A DNA stretch of 61,690 nt from an uncultured Rikenellaceae bacterium (GTDB taxonomy: Bacteria; Bacteroidota; Bacteroidia; Bacteroidales; VadinHA17), in NCBI GenBank assembly GCA_964525415.1, contig CAZGGZ010000009.1, forward strand, positions 1-61,690, in the 5' to 3' direction. Shown in pieces: positions 9,870 through 18,294 of the stretch (position 1 is its first letter; each line of letters starts with the position of its first letter). The translations under genes and the position numbers were made by a program. Below the pieces are notes generated by a model. That model did not search any database, was not told where the DNA came from, and saw only the letters and a program-made list of their open reading frames with translations.

Positions 9870-10834
9870 CAGGGAAAAGATGCTGCATATTATTTAACGA
9901 GCCGTGTGAAAATGCTCTTCCGGACGAACTCGATGTTATCGAACAGGTGAAATTAATAGAAAAACCACTGATAGAATTAGGATTTGATACGTTCAGGAAA
10001 GGCATCACCCTCAATTTCATGAATGAGATAGCATCACTGGCTGATGACAGACCGGATTTTATTTTTAACCTCGTTGAATCAATAAATAATAAGGGCGAAT
10101 TATGCTATTTCATCCCTGCCCTTCTGAATATGTACTCCATTCCGTATTCCGGGAGTCCGGTGGAGGCTATGTTCATTACAACAAGCAAGGCACTTACATG
10201 CAAGGTATTAACAAAAGCAGGAATTAATACTCCAAATGGATATTTTCCTTCCCGGTTCAATCAGCTTATTCCGGGGAAGCAGTATATTATCAAACCAATC
10301 TGGGAAGATGGTTCGCTTGGCATAACAGGTGATTCTGTTTTCACCTTTGAACCCGGATATGAATCGAAGCTTATGGATTATAGCGATAACCACTGGATAA
10401 TTCAAGACTATATTGATGGAAGGGAATTCAATATTAGCTTAATTTACGGTGAACAGGGGCCGGAAGTGCTGCCTGTTGCAGAGATGACTTTCAACAATTA
10501 TTCAGAAGATAAGCCGAAAATTGTAGATTTCAAGGCAAAATGGGAAGAAGGCAGCTTTGAATATAAGAATACAATCAGAAAATTTCCGGGAGAAAATCTT
10601 GATCCGGTTCTCGAGGCGAGGATCAAATCTGTTGCCCTTGATTGCTGGAGCGAATTCGGACTCAGGGGGTATGCACGTGTTGACATGAGGGTTGATGACA
10701 ATGATATCCCCTATGTAATTGAAGTAAATGCAAATCCCTGCCTGTCGCCCGACGGCGGCGTCATTGCAGCCGTAATTGCAGCAGGCCTGCCGTTTACCGA
10801 ATTAATTAAACGTATTATAAGCGATTTAAACTAA
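9866..10834 (+). CDS. D-Ala-D-Ala-ligase-like ATP-grasp enzyme B
   Basis: KPIWEDGSLGI, QDYIDGREFN and GYARVDMR...IEVNANP motifs; ATGA overlap with the upstream ligase. Confidence 0.85.
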   Translation: MTGKRCCILFNEPCENALPDELDVIEQVKLIEKPLIELGFDTFRKGITLNFMNEIASLADDRPDFIFNLVESINNKGELCYFIPALLNMYSIPYSGSPVEAMFITTSKALTCKVLTKAGINTPNGYFPSRFNQLIPGKQYIIKPIWEDGSLGITGDSVFTFEPGYESKLMDYSDNHWIIQDYIDGREFNISLIYGEQGPEVLPVAEMTFNNYSEDKPKIVDFKAKWEEGSFEYKNTIRKFPGENLDPVLEARIKSVALDCWSEFGLRGYARVDMRVDDNDIPYVIEVNANPCLSPDGGVIAAVIAAGLPFTELIKRIISDLN

Positions 10835-10840
10835 TAAATA

Positions 10841-11323
10841 ATGACAATATTTTCTGAAGGTATAAAGACTGAAGACAAAGATAGAATAGAAGAGATACTG
10901 CGATCGACAAATTTCTTTTATGAATTTGAGATCGAAACTGCCATGGAAATTGTTGATGAAACAATACAGGACGGGATGGAAAAGAGCGGATACTATTGGC
11001 TAAAGGCAGCTGATGAGGATGGTTTAGTGGCTTTTGCCAATTACGGAAAAGATGATTTCTCAACTCATTCATGGGAGCTTTTCTGGATTGCTGTTCATGA
11101 TGCGTCAAGGCACAAGAAGCTGGGGACAGCTCTTTTAAAAGCAATAGAAGGGAATGTAGTTAAAATGGGCGGCAAGATACTCTGGATAGAAACATCAGGA
11201 CGGCCGCTCTATGCATCAACTGAAGCCTTCTATATTCGTAACGGTTATACGCTGGCTGCAAGCCTGAAGGATTTCTACGGACCTGATGATCCAAAACAGG
11301 TATACTTCAAGGTTTTACAATAG
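10841..11323 (+). CDS. GNAT family N-acetyltransferase
   Basis: 160 aa; LFWIAVHDASRHKKLGTALL (acetyl-CoA-binding motif A region) and FYIRNGY. Confidence 0.85.
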   Translation: MTIFSEGIKTEDKDRIEEILRSTNFFYEFEIETAMEIVDETIQDGMEKSGYYWLKAADEDGLVAFANYGKDDFSTHSWELFWIAVHDASRHKKLGTALLKAIEGNVVKMGGKILWIETSGRPLYASTEAFYIRNGYTLAASLKDFYGPDDPKQVYFKVLQ

Positions 11324-11362
11324 CCGGAATGTCTGATTGTCAAAAAGGCTTTATATAATTAA

Positions 11363-11812
11363 TCACTTTATCAGGTTGGCATTGTAGTATTCCGGTCTGC
11401 CTGTTACTTCCTCCCCCAGCCAGCCGGGTCTGTCAAATTTTTCCGATTCGGATGCTAGTTCTATCTCGGCGATAACCAGTCCTTCATTTTTATCATGGAA
11501 CTCATCAACTTCAAATATGTGTTTTCCGGCAGGAACCAGATACCTCGTTTTATCGATTTTTCCGGGAAGGCTGATTTTCATTATTTCCCTCGCATCAGCA
11601 ATGGGAATCTGAAATTCCCATTCATCACGTGTGAATGATGTGCCTTTCGGTCTGTTCTTTATTGTAATAAACGCTTTTCTGCCTGCAGTTCTGATCCGTA
11701 TGGTTTTATCGGGATCAATTGAAAGGTATGTCTGGATTATCCTGATTTTCTTTATGGCGAGATGCCTGAATTCACCTCTTACCAGGAATTTACGTTCGAT
11801 TTCTGCAGCCAT
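11363..11812 (-). CDS. CYTH domain protein (triphosphate tunnel metalloenzyme)
   Basis: EIERKFLV, EVDEF, VIAEIEL and WLGEEVTG motifs. Confidence 0.9.
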   Translation of the reverse strand: MAAEIERKFLVRGEFRHLAIKKIRIIQTYLSIDPDKTIRIRTAGRKAFITIKNRPKGTSFTRDEWEFQIPIADAREIMKISLPGKIDKTRYLVPAGKHIFEVDEFHDKNEGLVIAEIELASESEKFDRPGWLGEEVTGRPEYYNANLIK

Positions 11813-12044
11813 TTTTTCGTAAAGTTAGAAATAACCATAAACTTATACCTGCCAGAATTTGTTTATTAACAAATTGCAACTTTTGAAAGGCAGCTTTGGT
11901 CATTTAAAATGTATTGCCGGGGCAATATGATAGTATGTTTGTCAAAATATAGGAGTAATTGGTGTAAAAAATTTCCTTTGATAGATGATATTTGGTAATT
12001 TTATCGATTTACGTAAATTCATTCAAATTAAAATATTCTTGACC

Positions 12045-15005
12045 ATGAAAACGAAATTATGTTTTACCTTAATACTATTAGCTTTTGTCTTTTTGCCTGC
12101 TGAAGGTCAGGTTCCGCAAGGTCTTAATTACCAGGCAGTAGTGCGAGATGGATTGGGAAATCTTATAACTAACAGGGATTTACAGGTAAAGATCGCTATA
12201 CTTTCAGATACTGCTGGTTTTTATGCAAGCGGAACAGGCACATATGTTTGGGAAGAACAGCATAGCGTAAAGACCAACGGATTTGGAATGTTCACTCTGG
12301 TTATCGGAAGTGTCCAGGGAACGAAGGTGCAGGGATCAGCAGCCTCTTTCAGTGCAATTCCATGGACAACAACGCAGCTTTTTGTAGGAGCGAAAATCAA
12401 CTATCCCACATGGAAGCAGCTGGGAAGTGCCAGGTTATGGACAGTACCATACGCAATGATAGCCGACAAGGCAAATGGTGTAAATGCTGGCGCTAAATTA
12501 TCAGTAACAAGTACTAATGACCTCGGAACAGATGCTCTTTTTGAAGTCAAGCGCCAGGATGGTCAAACGGTTTTTGCAGTTTATCCTGATGCAGTAAACA
12601 TCTGGGTTCCACAGGAAGGTTCAAAAGGACCAAAAGGCGGATTCACTGTAGGAGGTTACGGCGCAGATAAGGCAGAGACCTATGATTTCTTCAAGGTCAC
12701 TCCGGACAGCGTAAGAATCTATATAGATCCCACTCCGGATGCTAAAGGCGCCAAGGGAGGATTTGCAGTAGGGGGTTATGGACAGGCGAAAGGTATTGAT
12801 GATATGTACTTTAACCTTACAGGAACCTCAGAGATAAGTGTGGTTAAAGCTTCCCCGCAGATATTATGGTACCCTACGAAAAATGCATTCCTGGCCGGGA
12901 ATGTTCATATAGGCGCGGCTGACAGCGTGGGAGATTATTCAACCGCACTCGGTTACCAGTCTATAGCAATGGGCGACTATTCACAGGCATTCGGGTATAA
13001 AGCCAAAGCATTTGGAGACTATTCAACCTCTATAGGCAAGAATTCCGTCGCCGGCTCAAAACTCACATCTTCCAATAATGCTTTTGCATTCGGTGACGCT
13101 GCCAAGGCGACCGGGAGTGATTCTTACGCGTTTGGTTCGGGAGCTCTTGCTTCAGGGCTCAAATCATTTGCTTTTGGTTCAGTCGGCCTCGATGATTCAC
13201 AGGTCCCGACGACAAATCCAACAAGAGCTACAGGGGACTATTCGGTTGCGATTGGTATGGGTTCTGCTGCACTAAATACAGGAGCTATATCCGTCGGTGT
13301 TGGAGCTGTATCCAGCGGAATAGCTTCCAGCACATTCGGATTCTACAGCAGTGCAAGTACAAACTTCTCGACAGCTGTCGGATATAAAGCCACAGCTAAT
13401 GGTGCTTACTCAATTTCTGTGGGTTCAAATGCCACTGTAGGCTCCACTGCAAATTACGGAAGCGCTTTCGGAAGAAGTGCCACCGCAAACGGTCCTAACT
13501 CGGTAGCAATAGGTTACAATGCATCAACAGGATCGACTGCAACAGACGCAAGCGCATTCGGCCGAAATGCTGCTGCAAACGGAACAAGCTCAATTGCCGT
13601 TGGTTACGGAGCTACAGCATCCGGCTCCAACTCTGTCGCTATCGGAACAAATGCACTGGCATCAGCAACTAATTCATATGCGTTCGGCGCAGCAGCATCT
13701 TCTGCAAATGCCAATGCCACAGCAATAGGATATCAATCACAGGCTAATGGTGAGCTTTCTATTGCCATAGGATCTTATTATACATATACACATACTTTGA
13801 TACCCTATTTTAACAGTACTGCCACAACAGGTGATTTCATCATCCGCACACCAACCATTGCACCATTGTTTAAATCAATATCGTTTAACCGGGCAAATAT
13901 AGCCAATGGCAAATATTCAATTTCAATAGGTAACGGAAACCTTTCAAACAACGGAGGATTCGCATTAGGTTCCAACAATGATGCAACGGCCTTTGGAGCA
14001 GTTGCATTGGGTGTTTCAAATAAAGCCGTTAATACCAATACCTATGCAGCAGGTTTTAACAACCTTGCTACAGGATATTATGCAACTGCCTTCGGCAATA
14101 ACACTTATTCAAAAGCATTTGGTTCATTCGTGATTGGCCAGTATAATATAATCGCAGGCGACTCAACACAGTGGAAGAGTACAGATCCTCTTTTCGTTGT
14201 TGGAAACGGATTAAGCTCCACCGACAGATCAAATGCGGTAACTGTATATAAAAACGGACGGTCGATTTTTACAGGTGAACATGCCAATATAAGCCTTAAT
14301 GATAAAACGACCAAGTTGTTATTTATCAGGGGAGTCGGAGTGGTAATAAGAACCACCGTCTTTGGCATCAAGTCATATGTTAACAGGGCAGATACGGAGG
14401 TAGACTACTATTACAGCGGGTATTTCTATGATACAGGTACTGCCGGTACATATAAAGGACTATACGCAGATGTAATCGAAAATGATTACTTGTATACTGA
14501 CTATATAAATGGAGTAGCTGCCGATGTGGCAGAGTATTACCATGACTCCAACGCAAATACGGAACCCGGGGATATTGTTGTTGCCGATCAGGTTAAGAAA
14601 GAAAGTGTTGTCAGATCAAGCAAACCATATCAGGCTGGTATTTTAGGAGCCATTTCCACAAAACCGCTGATAGTTATGGGCTCTGAACTGGTAGTTGATG
14701 ATAAAACGATGAAAACCCATGATGGAGGTATTGCTACAATGGTTGCTCTTACAGGCCGCGTGCCTGTTAAAGTAACAGGTGAGAATGGGGCAATCGTACC
14801 AGGTGATCTGTTAACATCGTCTTCAGTACCCGGTCACGCAATGAAATGGACGCTTCTCGATGTTACCAAAGCAAAGGATTTTGAGGAAATGAAATCAATC
14901 CTTGCTGAGAACGAAAGAAGACGGAATGCAATAATAGGCAAAGCTGTTGAAGGTTTTTCAGGATCCGGAACAGGAAAGATAATGGTTCTGATATCCCTTC
15001 AGTAA
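12045..15005 (+). CDS. Secreted trimeric fibre/adhesin-like protein with YadA-head-type repeats and a C-terminal intramolecular chaperone-like domain
   Basis: Signal peptide from ATG 12045; N-terminal VPQGLNYQAVVRD domain; many ~14-aa AxAxGxxSxAxG repeats; C-terminal DVAEYY...GRVPVKV...GDLLTSS...GHAM. Confidence 0.75.
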   Translation: MKTKLCFTLILLAFVFLPAEGQVPQGLNYQAVVRDGLGNLITNRDLQVKIAILSDTAGFYASGTGTYVWEEQHSVKTNGFGMFTLVIGSVQGTKVQGSAASFSAIPWTTTQLFVGAKINYPTWKQLGSARLWTVPYAMIADKANGVNAGAKLSVTSTNDLGTDALFEVKRQDGQTVFAVYPDAVNIWVPQEGSKGPKGGFTVGGYGADKAETYDFFKVTPDSVRIYIDPTPDAKGAKGGFAVGGYGQAKGIDDMYFNLTGTSEISVVKASPQILWYPTKNAFLAGNVHIGAADSVGDYSTALGYQSIAMGDYSQAFGYKAKAFGDYSTSIGKNSVAGSKLTSSNNAFAFGDAAKATGSDSYAFGSGALASGLKSFAFGSVGLDDSQVPTTNPTRATGDYSVAIGMGSAALNTGAISVGVGAVSSGIASSTFGFYSSASTNFSTAVGYKATANGAYSISVGSNATVGSTANYGSAFGRSATANGPNSVAIGYNASTGSTATDASAFGRNAAANGTSSIAVGYGATASGSNSVAIGTNALASATNSYAFGAAASSANANATAIGYQSQANGELSIAIGSYYTYTHTLIPYFNSTATTGDFIIRTPTIAPLFKSISFNRANIANGKYSISIGNGNLSNNGGFALGSNNDATAFGAVALGVSNKAVNTNTYAAGFNNLATGYYATAFGNNTYSKAFGSFVIGQYNIIAGDSTQWKSTDPLFVVGNGLSSTDRSNAVTVYKNGRSIFTGEHANISLNDKTTKLLFIRGVGVVIRTTVFGIKSYVNRADTEVDYYYSGYFYDTGTAGTYKGLYADVIENDYLYTDYINGVAADVAEYYHDSNANTEPGDIVVADQVKKESVVRSSKPYQAGILGAISTKPLIVMGSELVVDDKTMKTHDGGIATMVALTGRVPVKVTGENGAIVPGDLLTSSSVPGHAMKWTLLDVTKAKDFEEMKSILAENERRRNAIIGKAVEGFSGSGTGKIMVLISLQ

Positions 15006-15008
15006 AGC

Positions 15009-15070
15009 GATATTTCAGGATGCAGAGAAGCCGTTCTTTATAGGAACAGCTCTTTTGTCGCCTGGAAATC
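15009..15070 (+). terminator. Long imperfect stem-loop directly after the fibre gene
   Basis: GATATTTCAGG pairs with CCTGGAAATC; inner AGC-GTTC/GAAC-AGCT pairing. Confidence 0.35.
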
Positions 15071-15132
15071 ATTATTTAAATACAAATTCCCTCCATTCAT
15101 GTAAAAAATTAGGATTGTATTTAAAGGTTTTG

Positions 15133-15140
15133 TAAATTTG
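15133..15140 (+). promoter_or_regulatory. Bacteroidetes -7 promoter element
   Basis: TAAATTTG matches TAnnTTTG. Confidence 0.55.
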
Positions 15141-15146
15141 ATATAA

Positions 15147-15275
15147 TAATTCTTCTGATTTTGTAAGAATTAATTGGGTCCTTGCTTTTCTTATCAGCAG
15201 AAGTAGTTTTAGTTTAGGTTGGTAGGGTGATTAGGTAAAAGGGCTGTCAGGTTTTGAGACAGTCCTTTTATTTAT
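15147..15275 (+). ncRNA. Candidate ~125-nt small RNA or leader upstream of ung
   Basis: Lies between a -7 element and a terminator; 5' stem CTTCTG/CAGAAG and TAAGAA/TTCTTA; unpaired GU-rich tract; no ORF. Confidence 0.4.
15236..15275 (+). terminator. Intrinsic terminator, possibly bidirectional
   Basis: TAAAAGGGCTGTC-9 nt-GACAGTCCTTTTA followed by TTTATT. Confidence 0.7.
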
Positions 15276-15287
15276 TATTTTAGGGAC

Positions 15288-15953
15288 ATGTATGTACGGA
15301 TAGAATCAAGCTGGAAATCCAGGCTCAGCGAAGAATTTGAAAAGGAATACTTTGTCAGGCTCTCTGAGTTTGTTAAAGAAGAATACAGGACTAAAACGAT
15401 ATTTCCTCCGGGATCGCTTATATTCAACGCTTTCAACCTCTCTCCTTTTGATAAGATAAAAGCTGTTATAATAGGTCAGGATCCATATCATGGTCCCGGG
15501 CAGGCACACGGATTATGCTTTTCAGTAAGAGAAGGGGTGGAATTTCCTCCCAGCCTGATCAATATCTTCAGGGAGATAGAATCGGATGCTGGTTATAAGC
15601 CTCTCCCGTCAGGAAATCTTGAAAGATGGGCTGCACAGGGGGTGCTTCTCCTCAATGCCACTCTTACCGTCAGGGCTCACCAGGCAGGGTCGCATCAGAG
15701 AAAAGGCTGGGAGGAATTTACCGATTCAGTAATAAGAATATTAAATACGGATAAAACTAACATAGTCTTTTTCCTGTGGGGTGCCTATGCCCAGAAGAAG
15801 GGTGAAGCAATTGACAGGTCAAAGCATCTGGTACTTGAATCGGTGCATCCCTCCCCTCTTTCTGCAGCCCGCGGATTCTTCGGCAACAAGCATTTTAGCA
15901 GGTGCAATGATTACCTTATTGAGAAAGGCATAGAGCCTGTTAACTGGAGATAG
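15288..15953 (+). CDS. ung: Uracil-DNA glycosylase, family 1
   Basis: GQDPYH, GLCFSV, GVLLLNATLTV and HPSPLSA motifs. Confidence 0.97.
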   Translation: MYVRIESSWKSRLSEEFEKEYFVRLSEFVKEEYRTKTIFPPGSLIFNAFNLSPFDKIKAVIIGQDPYHGPGQAHGLCFSVREGVEFPPSLINIFREIESDAGYKPLPSGNLERWAAQGVLLLNATLTVRAHQAGSHQRKGWEEFTDSVIRILNTDKTNIVFFLWGAYAQKKGEAIDRSKHLVLESVHPSPLSAARGFFGNKHFSRCNDYLIEKGIEPVNWR

Positions 15954-17118
15954 CTTTCAGGGCTGAAGATACAATTCCTGAAAGCTTTCCTGTTTCTTCG
16001 TAGCCGGCAGACAACCTTATCATTCCAGGTTCAGGATATTTTGCTCCCCACACTGATTCAACCGGCAGTAAGATTGAGCGGGTATCACCAAGGCTTGGGA
16101 TAACCCTGATCCAGTCTGAAACGGCTTTTATAAATTCATCCCTCAAAATTCTCTTTTCATTAACTGAGCTGCCGCTGAAATCAAAGGTTACCATTCCGCC
16201 GAAACCCCTGTTGCCAAAGAGTTTTACAGCATCATCATGACTTGGATGATCCTTCAGGCCTGGATACCAGACCCTGCCAACAAGTTTTGAGGTGCACAGA
16301 AGCTCTGCAACCCGGGATGCATTAATGCATTGCCGGCTGAACCTCAGTTTGAATGTCTGGATCTGAGTATGGAGCCTGTAAGCATCATCAGCTGAGATCA
16401 TATGACCTGCATATTTACGGTATTCAACAGCTGCCTTCAGCAGATCCTGGTCATTTCCGCAAAGAACACCTGCAGTAATATTGCCATGCCCCGACAGGTA
16501 TTTGGTAGCGCTGTGAATAACTATATCAGCACCGCTGGCCAGAGGCTTCCACAATTCAGGCGTGGCAAACGTATTGTCGACAATGACCTTTGTGCCATAT
16601 TTCTTTGCAATTCCTATCACACCGGAAGAATCAGGAACAATCAGCATGGGATTGGAGATAGATTCAATATAGAGCAGTTCAGGTCTTATTTTCTCCATAA
16701 CTGTCTCAAAGCCGGCAAGGTCATACCGCTCTTTAATGGGAGAAAAGTAATGTATATCCAGTCCTCTCCGCCTTGTCAGGACCGATTCAGCATATGATAT
16801 TGTACCTCCGTAAATCTCATTGAAAAATAACCAGGGCTTAACAGTTTTACCGTTCTGAAAGACAGAGAGGGCAACATCAACAGCAGCCATACCCGACTCA
16901 GTCAGTATCGCCCATTCTGAATCCTCAAGCTTCATTACTTCCTCTTCTGCAGCAACCACGGTGGGATTCCGGTAGCGTGAATATATATAAAGATCAGGCA
17001 CACGTTCATTTTCTGTCTCCCTGCTGAATGCTTCCGATGCTGTACCTGCATCAAAAAGTTCAAATCCTGCGTCCCTGTAAACAGGGATACGCTGACTGTT
17101 TATTTCTTTCTTCTTCAT
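15940..17118 (-). CDS. PLP-dependent Cys/Met metabolism enzyme (cystathionine gamma-synthase/lyase or methionine gamma-lyase family)
   Basis: YSRYRNPT, SGMAA, YGGT, ESISNP, VDNTFATP and HSATKYLSGH (PLP Lys) motifs. Confidence 0.85.
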   Translation of the reverse strand: MKKKEINSQRIPVYRDAGFELFDAGTASEAFSRETENERVPDLYIYSRYRNPTVVAAEEEVMKLEDSEWAILTESGMAAVDVALSVFQNGKTVKPWLFFNEIYGGTISYAESVLTRRRGLDIHYFSPIKERYDLAGFETVMEKIRPELLYIESISNPMLIVPDSSGVIGIAKKYGTKVIVDNTFATPELWKPLASGADIVIHSATKYLSGHGNITAGVLCGNDQDLLKAAVEYRKYAGHMISADDAYRLHTQIQTFKLRFSRQCINASRVAELLCTSKLVGRVWYPGLKDHPSHDDAVKLFGNRGFGGMVTFDFSGSSVNEKRILRDEFIKAVSDWIRVIPSLGDTRSILLPVESVWGAKYPEPGMIRLSAGYEETGKLSGIVSSALKAISS

Positions 17119-17801
17119 CTTGTCAGATATTTGGTTTCAAGGTCCTTGTAATAAATAGCCCTGTCCAGAAGCTCACCTGACAGGAACAAAACTGTTATTA
17201 CCGGATCTGAATAAGAGATTCCGGTTATAAGTGATATTCCCGTTGCCATGAGCATCGCTATACGGAGAATTCTTAATCTAAAATACAAATTTTGCTGATT
17301 ATCATGAAAAGCAGCATAAATTCCTGATATTAATTTAATTGCACCGATAAAGATAAAAGGTGTCTTCAATCCTGAAAGAAAAGAAACAATGATCAGTGCA
17401 GTCAGCAAATTCTGCCCGCTGTGGAAAAATGTTGATATTCTTTTATCAGGCGCTGAGTACTGCAGATCGGACATGACAAGGAAAATAATCCCTGCCGTCG
17501 AAGCAGAAACAATTAACTCTGCAGATTTAAATGAAATGACCAGAAGCGAAAGGATCAGATATAAAATGTAAAGCAGCAATTCAATTCCGGCAGGTGAAAA
17601 TAGCGAACGTGATATTTCTTTTCTGCCTTCAATAAAATAAAATGCTGAAAACAAGACAGATAAAAGCAGGACAGGAAGAATAATATGGAAAGAATACAAG
17701 ACCGGGCCGGTAAGATCAGAGATCATCAGGGAAACTGACAAAGTCGTCAGAAAAGAGAAAGCGCTTTGACTCCACCCGGCTGGTAAAATTTGCGATGACA
17801 A
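17115..17801 (-). CDS. Hypothetical polytopic membrane protein, weakly DmsC-anchor-like
   Basis: Hydrophobic 228-aa ORF with TTG start; C-terminal GELLDRAIYY recalls the DmsC GExxGRxxFY motif; ATGA overlap with the PLP enzyme gene. Confidence 0.5.
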   Translation of the reverse strand: MSSQILPAGWSQSAFSFLTTLSVSLMISDLTGPVLYSFHIILPVLLLSVLFSAFYFIEGRKEISRSLFSPAGIELLLYILYLILSLLVISFKSAELIVSASTAGIIFLVMSDLQYSAPDKRISTFFHSGQNLLTALIIVSFLSGLKTPFIFIGAIKLISGIYAAFHDNQQNLYFRLRILRIAMLMATGISLITGISYSDPVITVLFLSGELLDRAIYYKDLETKYLTR

Positions 17802-17838
17802 GGTTATTTTCAGAAGGTAGTTTTATGACAGGTTATTC

Positions 17839-18231
17839 TTATTCAAGAGGCCCTTCGGGTACTGTCCTATCAATTTTAAGCTTTTTATTGTTCCAATTTT
17901 CGATAAAAACCTCATACGTGATCTTCATCTGCCCCATATAATTAGCATATGTATTATCAACCGGTCCTGTGGAGAAAAGTACTCCATTAATCCTTGCGGA
18001 TATTTCGGCAAATGCATATGCTGTTTCAAAACGGTAATATTCTGAAAAATTTCCGAAAGTTACAGTACCCAATGTATCAACCTCTTCTTTTATTTTGACA
18101 ATTACCTCATTGAATGTCTGATCGGATATGTTTTTAACTCGTACATCGGTCGGCCCCTTGGGCTCGAACTCTGTTTTCTTGCAGCCTGCTACTGCTATCG
18201 ATATAATTACAAGAAAGAAAAGCTTCTTCAT
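17839..18231 (-). CDS. Hypothetical lipoprotein
   Basis: MKKLFFLVIISIAVAG-C lipobox followed by KKTE. Confidence 0.75.
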   Translation of the reverse strand: MKKLFFLVIISIAVAGCKKTEFEPKGPTDVRVKNISDQTFNEVIVKIKEEVDTLGTVTFGNFSEYYRFETAYAFAEISARINGVLFSTGPVDNTYANYMGQMKITYEVFIENWNNKKLKIDRTVPEGPLE

Positions 18232-18294
18232 AGCCCGGGAAGGTTAGTTGTTCAGTTATTTGACCTTAAAGATAGCAAATTAGTTGCAAAGAGT

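Noticed and set aside
8895-10834. Housekeeping ddl genes for peptidoglycan
   Set aside because: Missing the GGxSxE motif, not in a mur/fts context, and coupled to an aminomutase
8895-11323. Graspetide (microviridin-like) RiPP cluster, since it has two ATP-grasps plus a GNAT
   Set aside because: The ligases look Ddl-like rather than RimK-like, and no separate precursor peptide with a PFFARFL-type leader was found
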